Source: Tubiluchus corallicola
Lineage: Eukaryota; Animalia; Priapulida
Reading direction: 5' to 3'
NCBI GenBank assembly: GCA_030141605.1
Contig: JAQGDQ010000003.1
Span: forward strand, 2,952,574-3,016,573
DNA length: 64,000 nucleotides
Each line of letters begins with the position of its first letter. Position 1 is the first letter of the stretch. This document shows positions 12,001 through 24,000 of this stretch, piece after piece. Under the pieces are notes generated by a model that saw nothing but the letters and a program-made list of their open reading frames with translations, ran no database searches and was not told the origin of the DNA. A program made the translations under genes and the position numbers.

Positions 12001-15000
12001 TTTGTAATGACTATGATTGAATCCTTCCACACAGATATCTTGACTTCTATCCATGTTTTCAGTACCTGGTTTAACCAGGTGTGGATTTTCTTTGTAATGA
12101 CTATGATTGAATCCTTCAACACAGATATCTTGACTTCTATCCATGTTTTCAGTAACTGGTTTACCCAAGTGTGGATTTTCTTTGTAATGACTATGATTGA
12201 ATCCTTCAACACAGATATCTTGACTTCTATCCATGTTTTCAGTAACTGGTTTACCCAAGTGTGGATTTTCTTTGTAATGACTATGATTGAATCCTTCAAC
12301 ACAGATATCTTGACTTCTATCCATGTTTTCAGTAACTGGTTTACCCAAGTGTGGATTTTCTTTGTAATGACTATGATTGAATCCTTCAACACAGATATCT
12401 TGACTTCTATCCATGTTTTCAGTAACTGGTTTACCCAAGTGTGGATTTTCTTTGTAATGACTATGATTGAATCCTTCAACACAGATATCTTGACTTCTAT
12501 CCATGTTTTCAGTAACTGGTTTACCCAAGTGTGGATTTTCTTTGTAATGACTATGATTGAATCCTTCGACACAGGTCTCTTGATTTCTATCCATGTTTTC
12601 AGTACCTGGTCTAACCAGGTGTGCATTTTCTTCAGATTCCACATGATGGAAGCCTTCAACAGTAAACTCATGACTTTTGTCCTTATTCTGGGAATCTGGT
12701 TTAGCTATATCTGGACTTTTTTTACATTTGCCATAACGGAAGCCTTCAACAGTAAACTCGTGACCTTTGTCCGTAGTCTGAGAATCTGGTTTAACCATAT
12801 GTGGACTTTCTTTCAAGTGACTACGACCAAAACTTTCCGTACAAAATTCTTGGCTTCTCTTTGTGTGATGAAGACTACACTCATGCAAATAGTGATCACG
12901 TCTTTCAAGACTAAATTCCATATTTTTCTCTGCAGGAGATGCTGCAAGATCTGAATCGGAAGCTGTAAAATAAACACTGGATTCAAGCGTCACGGATTTC
13001 TCCACAAGTTCCCTGTCATCTGATGCAGAAATGTCGGCCGCATCTGACAGACGCAACCTTGAAGATACTCGTGTCAACTTTGTAGGAGAAGACGAAGTCT
13101 GAATGCCATTGACGACACTCGCAATACCTTCAGGCACCTGAGATGGCCGAGGTAATCTTCTGGGACTGCTTAGCTGCGACTGATGGCTGTCAAGACAAGA
13201 CTGTGGAACATTCTCTGCAGACAGCAATGGTTTGTCACATGACTTGGAAAGAGCACAAAATGTTGATTCATTCTCTTCTGAATAAAGCCTCCTCTTTACC
13301 GCCTTTTGCAAAGAAGGTTCTGTGTCCAGCTTCTTGCCTCTAGCAGAACTTTTTCCTTTACTTGTGGATGCAGGAGAGTCGATCTTCCGGCAGGATCTTG
13401 ATGGTGACAACATGCCCTTGCAAACGGAACCCGTTCCAGTTGACGATCTAGTTGCATGACGTCTACCTGACGGCGTCGCTATCTTCGCAGACGTTTGCTT
13501 ATCTTTTCCAGTAACGTTTTCCTTATCAGATGCGTGACTATCGGGAGTAGAAGATTTTTTTGATGGGGTCACATTTGAGGTAACCGGAGAAAGTAAAGCC
13601 ACTCTCTCTTCCTCTTCTTTTGATGGAGAAGATATGGGCACCTCATGGGATCCGAAATCACCTACCCTAAACGGAAAATATAGGTATTAATTTCAAATTC
13701 AAAATAAAACAAAATTAACTCATTTAACCAAATAAATCAAATTCAAACCAAGTAAGCTAGTTCAAACTATTCTAAAAACGAACCTAGCAGTTTGGACACT
13801 ACTACATACCGTCAAATCTAGCATCTGATTACTATCAATAAGCCTTTTCACAGTTCCAGTGATTGATGATGATCATTGAAGGGTCAAAGGTTAAGTGTAC
13901 CAGACGATACATTTGTGTATACTTGATAACGGCCTACAGCTCACGCTATTGTAATAGTAACAGTTTTAACAGCTAGCTAAGACCTTACCTAGTTCATTTT
14001 TTCTTATTCCCAAGCAAGATCCTGCTAGTAAGTCACTCTATGCACAGACTAATGGATAATTAGTTATGTAAAACAATTGAAGTTACTGAAGTAATGCATT
14101 GCTTTACCCACACTTCATGTGACGATTGTAGTTAAGACGCGTTGCTGTTGTACACTTAACCTTTGACCTAGAGCAACAGTGGGTGTACACAACGAAACTA
14201 CGAAAAGCCTTATTGAACAAATCTAGCTAGAATAGTTTAGCAGAAAGTTTTGGTTTAGTTTAAATTGCATTACATTAGGTTTGATTATAATCAAATTAAA
14301 TACGATTACGCAGCTAAAGATTACACAGCAAGCAATAAATAACTTCTCTTTGAACCTAAACCTGCGAAGAACACCACATTACAAACACAACACTTTAAAA
14401 AAATACGAGGCATTTCAAATGAACTGCACTTATTTAAAAAAAGCAATGCATCGAGAATTTGATTTTTTAAGAACAACAAGACTCCACAAATAATTTGAAA
14501 AAGCAGTTGCACGCACAGGTAAACAGTTAAATACTTCATATTTGAAACAATAGGTCATTATACGCCATAGTTTAAAACTGAGAAACAATTTTTATATTTA
14601 TTATCATTTTTACTCTAAATTTATTTCGTACATTTAGAAGTACATATTATCATATAAAAAAATTAAAAACACTTAGCTACACTATGAAATTACGATATAA
14701 ACTAATAAAATATTTACACATATGCATACATACAAATACACACGCAGACACGAAACGTCAACACAAAAGACAGATCATTAAAAAATGCAGAGGCATAAAA
14801 CCCGATAAAACTTCAGCCTCTGCTGTTTCACTCAAAACAGCTTAAATAAAAAACTTTAGACAACTGTCAGAAGCTCATTAAAAAATACACATTTATGAGC
14901 TAACCTGAAAAAGGCATACAAGGCAATGTTAAATTTAACCTATACTAAACCTGTACTAACCCACGGGAATGATCGGTTGAGTTCAATGTCTCAAGAAAAC

Positions 15001-18000
15001 GGCTCCAGGATAAGTTATTATTCACTAAGTCATCGAGTGAAGCAAAATTCGACTCGTCATTTACAAATTCCTTGTGACGTTTGTCTGACAGATGCTGAAG
15101 AAAAACAAACTTGGTAAAATGTCTAAATTGTGAAATGCACTTATGTTGATAAACAAGTAACGGTGAAACCGGAAATACTTAAAAAAGTCAGAGATATCAA
15201 GAAGCAGAGCTCACTTACGATTGCATCACTGAAACTAGTCATGTTAGTTTCACGCCAGCTCTAGTAAAATTCGAAACTATAGTTAACAACTCACCATTTA
15301 AATCAGAAGAAAACCATCCACTTACTAAAAGCTAAAATCTTTCATATTAAAATTTGAGCGAGTAACAAAGTTTTTAAATCCCGTGTTTGTAGAGATTTTA
15401 AGTAGTTTTACTAGAAGTGAACGTTTTATCTATTTACTCTGCACTTGCTGACTGCAAATAATAAAGATTAGTGTATGGGCAATGCATCTTTTCCCTCAAA
15501 CATCTCCAGAAATTTTTAAGTGTGAAATACACAACTTCCTGCCAAAGAGTGTTGACATAAAAACGTTAAACGGTAATGCAAAAAATGCAAACTCCAAGGT
15601 ATTGTGGATCTCACCATCTGACGTGCACACGTTCAGTTTGATTGAATGAAAACTTGGGCTTTCTACTTCTAGCAAGTGTGAGTTAATTAACGTACAAGAA
15701 AACCCTCCACTTACATGAAGCCTAAAAAATTCGTCTCGAAATTTTATACCACTTACGTACTACCTTTTCGTATGCATGGCTTGCATCGGCCGTAACACTG
15801 TATAAAACGTGTAAATTTAAACTCCAGTGATGACCGTTAGGCGCAGCCTGCTTCTACAAGCTACTATCGGAGTTTGAAAATAGGAGTTTTTTACAATTGC
15901 AGTATTAGTTTCTAGACAGAAAAGTGGGTAAGCAGTTATAACATTAAATTCTGGTGTTTTTTGGACATTTTCTTGATAATTTGTTGCTAAAACATAAAAG
16001 TCCAATATATTTAGTGCTGGTTTTTATAAAATATGAAAAAATTGACATTTGACCAAATTTTTGGGTCGTTCTACTTTGAAGCATCATAATGTAGTTTTAA
16101 CTATGCCGACTTATGGACGAGTTTGGTATGCAAGCACACATATAACTAGAGCCCAGTGCCGTGCCGTTTCAGCTGAACACCGGCCGGTTTAATCCTACAA
16201 TCGCATCAGCTGCTCAATGATGGAAGATGAGCGAGCCGGCTGCAAAAATTTCCGCTCTTGCGATAATCACGTGACACTGCAAATCACTGAAAAGTCAGTC
16301 AACTTCAGCCGAGCTAGTTGAATTACTGTATGTCTCAGCTGATGTAGTAGCTACTGACAGATGATAGAAACTGATGATGGTCGAAAAACATATAATTGCT
16401 TCATGTGTCATGCTGCCTTTTTAGTACGTATCGGGACACCTTTTATGTACTTGTTAACCCCAAACTTTTGAACCTCGCTACGCCCCTAATTTCTAGCTTA
16501 AGAATATATACAGAATCTCAAGCTGTGAACCCCAGGGTCACTGTTTCCCTTCAATCAGCCTCTGAGTCTTTTAAAAACATCAACTGACAAAACAGAAACC
16601 AAACAAACCTTTTCCAGAGAGTCATAACTCACGCAACAACACTCGCAATAACCGCCTCTTTTGGCTTTGCTGTTCTGTCTTTGGAATTCCTCGCGAGTGA
16701 CGAGTCGCCTCAATGAGCTGAAAAATTAATATCATCAAATGTAATTTACAGGGATGAGAACGACAAATTGCAAAAAACTCTGAAACAGGCCGGGGGTTTG
16801 GGGGCTGCCTAGGCCTCCAATGGGGTTCAAGGGAGCCCCCTTGGAGCCAGAAACAAACTGCAATTTTGTGACCATAGAGCCTCTAAGTGGACTTAAAATA
16901 TCAATTACCTTGTTTCATGCATAATTTAAAATACCCAACTATCAAGGATACATGATAACTAATTGTCTCAAAAACACCTAAGTACTGGCCGCTCCTATGC
17001 AAAAGTATATAAAAACTGTCTGCAATTGACTCAAATAACTCCGCACAATTGATTCTATATTTTTATACATAGAGATCTACACGTGGTTACGCTGATGTAC
17101 GTGATGTAGACAAAGTGACGTCCTGCCACCTAGCGGTCAGCTTGTGAAATAATGTACTGGGTCCGTAGAAATTTTCTTAACAAATTTACGCGATTTACAA
17201 AAATGACACTACTGGTCTTCCAAAAACTCGGAATTCCGCTTATCTGCCGAAAATTCTCATCCCTGTAACTGGGGATGCATGGGATCCATTTATGCTAGAT
17301 CCGGTTCTGCACGTGTCTGATCCGGTTCCGGACCTACAAGTTAATGTAAACAATGTTTCATTTGTTTAGTTAAGCGGTTCATAACATTTTACTAGAAATG
17401 TACCCTTTCGAAACTCAGCGATGTGCTGCATACCCCTAACATTTTTAGCAATACAAGTTTGAGTTAGCAACTGTGAAGAAACATGATTTAATTACACAAG
17501 CAAAACTGATAAACGAAACAACAAATTCAAGAACAAGATGCAAGAAAAAAGACGATCGGATGTGAACTCAGAAGACGAACTTGCAGTCGAACATTTGTGT
17601 AGACTCAATGGCCGTTTCGTTGACGGGGACTTTTCCAAAAACTACCGCCAATGCATTTGCTGTGCCAAACATCTATTTTACTTCTAGATTGTTCTGGTAT
17701 TGTCCATTTGCATTGATATATAAGGCGGAGCTGGCCGCTCGTTGTTATTCTCAGATTCTCGCTTTCTCGCATTCCTGCTTCCAGATTATCGTATGCAATT
17801 TTCCTATCACTTGACTGTACATATTCTGAGTTCCTTCATACTTTGTGTTGTGAAATTCTCACACAATAAAGAAACATAGAGTGCACAGTGAATTACGCAA
17901 AAAACGCTCTTGTGTTGCAAGAACAATTACATTTTAAAATACAAACAAACATGATGTTTAAGGATTTAAATCTTGTAGCACACTCTTTCCTCCACCACGG

Positions 18001-21000
18001 GGCTGTTACTCCCGTAAATTTCGTACTCCCTACGTGTACGCTGTACGGCAAAAAAGAACATTCTGACATGTTACACGACACAACTTTCGCGTTCCCCTGG
18101 CTAAGCTGTTTCGTACCCCCAACGGGTACTCGTACCCCAAGTTAGAAACCACTGGTTTAGCCTTATGTACATGTTGTTGCATCGTCTGTCCATTTTCAAG
18201 GTCGCACTGAATAACTTGAAGTGAAAAACTGTAAACATTGATGCACTGTAACTTTGTTTGGTTTGAAGTAAAACAAATGCCAAACTATACTCTTATTTGA
18301 AGTAGACGGCTCTAAATTTTTAGCAGACATTTTTGCGGCAATAGCAGTATCCTTGCATGCTCCTTGCTGCATGCAACCACAACATGAAGATTACTAGTAT
18401 TACTTATGCTACAAGCATTGCGGCATAAAAACTAAGCAATACTTTCGTAAATTTTTGAAAATTTTAATAGAAATCTTCATATTCTTTAAACAACTTAAAA
18501 CTATTCCGGTAATTTAAACTATTTTGAATATTTTTTATTACCCGCTCCAATTTTTTCACAATTGGTGTGTAATAGAAACAATGCAAAATCTGATGAACAT
18601 TTTTCGCTGGATCCGGATCCGTAGATCCATTAAAATTACCAGATTTCGGAATCTGATATGCTGCTCGGTATCACCAATATTTATGACTTGCTATCATTAA
18701 TATTCGATTTTGCTATCATTCAAAATCGGCCCAAACAAGGCCAATGCCCACTCAATGTAAAGAGCGGGTTCTTACCTATTTAAAATTGCTAACTTACCAT
18801 TTTGCTGACGCTCCAGGTCCAGTTCTTGGCTCACCGGTGGTATTGGGAGTGTAATCAAAGGACATTTTCATTTCCACTTCCGCACCGGCCTCTCGACTAG
18901 CTGGACTAAACACTCGTTGAACATCGAACGGGCTAGCGCCTTTAGGGCAGTCAATGGACAAGCGAGGCCACGACATCGTTTCTTTATAAAACGGCCTGTA
19001 GTGCCTATAATAATAAACTATTCGAAATTGCAGAGAAAAAATGTTTCTGATAGTAGAGCAAAACTATAAAAATGATTCATACCAACAATCAGTTCAGATT
19101 CACTTTTCAGTTGGAATTTAAGGAGACTGGTAACGAACTCACAGAAAAAAGTCACAATTAATTTTGGCCAAGGTTAGGTTTAGTGGCGAAGGTTGGGGGA
19201 TTAGGATTCTGGTTAGGATTAGGAGGGGTGAGGAGCTTTCATTCTTGTGACTTTATTTCCTGTGACTGTTTTCTGTGATTTTTTTTACCTGTGACTTTTT
19301 TACCTGTGACTTTTTTCTGTGATTTTTTTACCTGTGAACTTTTTACCTGGATTCGAGCTTAGACGACTGATTTGTTAAAAAAAAAATGTGAACATTAAAA
19401 TTTAGATTGAATAACATACCAGGCTTTACCAGCCAAGAACAGACAAATTTGAAATGTAAAACATGGCATTACATGCTAATAACGCCACACGACTTATATT
19501 TGGGAGCATCCACAGGAGCAAGAAAGTTTAAAACAAAATTTATTCTAGCCAAAGCCTATTTACAGCAAAGAAAACTCTTTACTTGCATTAAGCTAAAAAA
19601 ATTTGACTTGAAATTTTCTATCGCCTAGGAATTAGCAGGAATAATGTAGAAAACTTGCAAATTTAAACTGTTGCAATGACCATTAGGTGCAGCCATTTTG
19701 CCGGCAAGTCGTTTCAAACAAGTCTAGATAAGATTGCATAAAGTTTGAAAAAGTAGTCACAGCACTCGGAGCGCACACTTCACTAATTAAGCAAAAATAT
19801 AAATTACCGTTTTTGTCAATGAGATTAAAAATACATATTTAGTGAGTCAGTATGCTCTCATACTTACTTTTTCTCATAAATTTTTCTATATTACACTTTT
19901 TAATACTTATTTTTTCTTTCCATACTCTCAGTTTTTTTAACTTTACTCACTAACCTTGGTCAAATTCCCTTGTTAATAACCCCATTTGAAACTACTACAT
20001 ATAATAATCGTAATTACTGAATAATTGTATTGTTTTGTTTAAATTTTGGTATTTAACTTTATTATTTTTTTTGTTTTCAGTTCTTTTCAGATAATTTGTA
20101 TAATTTATACTGTTTTTATTATTATTTTTTTTCTTATTTGTTTTTGTTATCTGCAGCATCACCGTTAATTTTTAATAGACTAATCTACTTATAAGAAAGG
20201 GTAGGAGACTAGATGACCCTATGGTCCTTCCCTGCCCTGCTCCATGATTATAATTACTTCATATTTGTCTATGTCTATGAAGCACACTAGTAAGGCGAGT
20301 CCGGTCTACATTACCTAGTTAAATAAATATTTCAGGCTGACAAGGGTTATGCTGTATAACATAACTTTAAGTAGAAATTTTTTCGGGACATACTTTAAAC
20401 TTGCCTTTTCTTACCTAAGGCAAAGGTGATTAAAATTACAGTTTCAGCAAAAGTAAGAAAAGACCTAAGCATCCTATACAGAAGTTTAAAGATGTCTTCT
20501 GTCTAAAATAAAAAGTAAAAGAAAGGTAGAAACACGTGTGCTTGTTATAGTTTACAAACGACAGGTATTGACAATTGTTAAAAAAAAATAATACAGACAG
20601 GGTTAATTGAAACCAATTCAAAGCTGGGCAACTGCTGACAGCTAGAAAGCAGCAAGAGTACTGTACATGTATTTTATATTAAACTGATTTCTTAAAAATG
20701 TCAGACAAAATAATAATAAAGAAAGAAACGGTTGATTCCCAATAAGATTGTGCTATATGCAGCATCTTAATGACATATGTAATTAGAACACTCACAATCA
20801 TGGTAATGAGCCAATAAGACCTTTTCACAGTTTCATTGTGCACAGGCGCAGTTGCAGTAAGTCAAAGGCTAAGTGTATCACAGCAATGTGTCTTTACTAC
20901 GACCGTCACGTGACGTGTGGATAAAGCAAAGCTCTGTACTGCATTAGTTCAATAACTTCATTCATTTTACATGGATTTTTACTTAATCATGCATTAGAGT

Positions 21001-24000
21001 GATTTACTAGCAGGATCTTGCTTGGGAGCAAAACAAAATGAACTAGGTAAGGTTCTACCTAGCTGTTAAAACCGTTACTATTACAATAGCATGGGCTGCG
21101 AGGCGTTGTCAAGTGTACACAAATGCGCTGTCTGGTACACTTAGCGTTTTATCACGATCATCGTCAATCGCCGGAACTGTGAAAAGGCTTATTCTCAATT
21201 GTTTAAGCTCACGTACTTTGACTCATCCTCCACCTTGATAAACGCCTGCTTCAATTTCCGTCCAGCAACTTCTGCTTGTTTCCGTTCACCACCCGTTCTC
21301 TTGTCAACGGCGAATAATTCTGGATAAGCAGCCTTATTCTTAGACAGCCATTTGGTCACCACTAATGAATTTGTCAGTCAAGAGAAATCTTTAAAAAGGA
21401 CTTCAGCAATGGTAAATAACTTCATTTCTTAAAATGAAAATAACAATCAGCATGCACTTAACAGGGATGAGAATGACAATTCGCAAAAAACTCTGAAAGA
21501 GGCCGGGGTTTTGGGGCCACCTAGGCCCCCAATGGGGTTGAGGGGAAAGCCCCCTGGACCCAGCAACAAATTGCAATTTTGTGACCATAGAGAGCCTCTA
21601 AGGAGACTTAAAATATCAATTACCTTGTTTCATGCATAATTTAAAATACCCAACTATCAAGGATACATGATACCTAATTGTCTCAAAAATGCCTAAGTAC
21701 AGGCCACTCCTATGCAAAAGTATATAAAAACTGTCTGCAATTGACTCAAATAACTCCGCACAATTGATTCTATATTTTTATACATAGAGATCTACACGTG
21801 GTTACACTGATGTACGTGATGTAAACAAAGTGACGGCGGCCTGCCAACTAGCGGTCAGTTTGTGAAATAATGTACTGGGTCCGTAAAAATTTTCTCAACG
21901 AATTTATGCGATTTACAAACATGGCACTACTGGTCTTCCAAAAACTCGGAATTCCGCGTATCCGTGGAAAATTCCCATCCCTGACTTAATCAAAGACATG
22001 GCTTTTATACACACACGGACAATTGCAATGTTTCAACCACTTAAGCTGACATTCACACAACAATTCACCTACATATCGTGTGACACGAAGGCAAATGACA
22101 GAAAAAAACAGTTACGTTATTCCAATGAAGTTCATTCTCTGACAAATGCCTGTGGGTGGTAATAAGAGAAATCTTTTATGCCATTTTTTCTTCGCTTTTG
22201 TGCACTGTAATGTATATAGAAACAATCGTGTCAAGTACCCATTTTTTTCTTAGCCGGTACATTTATCATATGCTAATATGCCAGCGTAGCGTTTTTGCTT
22301 TAAAAGTGTCACTGGCCCATCTGTGCAGTTAACCTCGTTGCCCAAAAAGTAGCAATGACGTTATCTGTACAAGCGTAAATATCAAAGAGCAACTAAGAGC
22401 ACAGAGCTAACTTTGTTGAATAGAAAATAAGCATAAAAACTTCACATTTAAGGCTTAGGCTTTGCAGTCCATACTAAGCCGAGGACTGATGACTCATACT
22501 GATATACACGTAATATAGGTTTTACATGTCAAATGCAGACCTGCGTTAACTCAAATGTAGATTTAGGTAGTTCAAATGTGTTAACAATGGTTTTCAAGAA
22601 ATCTTAAGCGTTTTTGGTAAGTCAAATGTAGACACATGTCAAGTCAAATGTGACATTGGTATCTCAAATGTGGATAGGTGGTAAATTTAAGGATGTTAAA
22701 TTTAATCTCCTTTAATCTTAATTTAATAATTGCTGTGAAAATAATAACTTTATAGGTCTACTAATAGTTCACTAATATTCTGTAAACTTTACATACCATT
22801 GGAACTGTTAGAGAAAACAATATGTTCTTAAAATAAACAATGTTTCTTGAGAGAAACTAATTCATTAATGTAGTGCTAATGCATTACTTAAAAAACTTAT
22901 TAGTGATTCACTGTTCTTTGGGAAGGGTTAAACTACACATTTTTCAAAGTTATGAAAGAGGTGACGACTATCTTCGGTTTATCTTTTTGCAATTTGCACT
23001 CAAATGAGCTAATTACCTATTTATTCAAGGTAATGCATCTACATTTGACTTACCTAAGTCACATTTGAGTTACCAAAACACATTCAAAATTCCTATGTCT
23101 ACATTTGACTTACCTAAGTCACATTTGAACTTTCCTGTGTCTACATTTGACATGTAAAACCTATACTACATATTTTGGCTAATAGATTCAGTCGATTGAT
23201 TAGTTTAAAACTCTTCCATCCTAAAGTGACTCTATTAAGAATCACCTAAATCAATAGTCAATCCCAACGACACGTGAAATTACTAAAATTCTTCTGAAAA
23301 CAATAAAAGCTAAAAAGATACGGTCAACATGTCGTACATTAATTCCCCACAGCTGTGCTTTTGCTAGCACACTAGATAAACCGAAAGGTGGCACATTCGA
23401 TCCACCTGTAGCTTTCTCCACAAGTGTTCGTCCTCGGGTAGGGACCGGAGCCACTTCACCTCCATCAGCAAGAGAATCTGTTCTAAAAAAGTCGATTCCA
23501 ATTATCAATCGACAATTATTCCATTTTAAAAATTACTTGCACATAGCGTTAAAGACAAAACAAAAGCAAGGCTTTAATTTGGCAGACATGAACAAGACAT
23601 GCGTGAAAGATTTTCTCCATTATGTAAAAGCAATGTCGCTAACTGTGCTCACGCACAAGTAATTAAGTTTCTTGGCTAACAGTCAAACAGAAGTAACATT
23701 TTCGGAAATGCATTGCACAAAAAACAAGTGCTGTACCTCTTAGTTCAGATGTGTTAGTATGTTCGACAGCTCATGCTTGAGCACAGTGGAAACTTTGAAA
23801 TTAGAATTTTTATCTTAAAACTTGCCTAGCTTTAGTACAACACACTGAATATCTTACAGTAGTACTGTACTTCAATTTTCGCTTTCGCAAACACGCACGA
23901 CACGCTCGTGGAATATTGTTGCTGTTGAAAATTATGTTAGCTTGTGATGTTATCACTAGTTGGGTTCGTCCGCCATTAATTAAGTTTTTAGTCTATTAGA

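Noticed and set aside
11796-12954. Overlapping ORFs of 291 aa (-) and 381 aa (+) across the 90-bp repeat, and a CRISPR-like appearance
   Set aside because: A stop-free unit with a period divisible by 3 keeps alternative frames open automatically. There are no unique spacers, and the context is a eukaryotic coding exon.
19165-19350. TTAGG telomere-like repeats (also at 30415-30470)
   Set aside because: Short and degenerate, embedded in common interspersed-repeat ends; not an interstitial telomere array.
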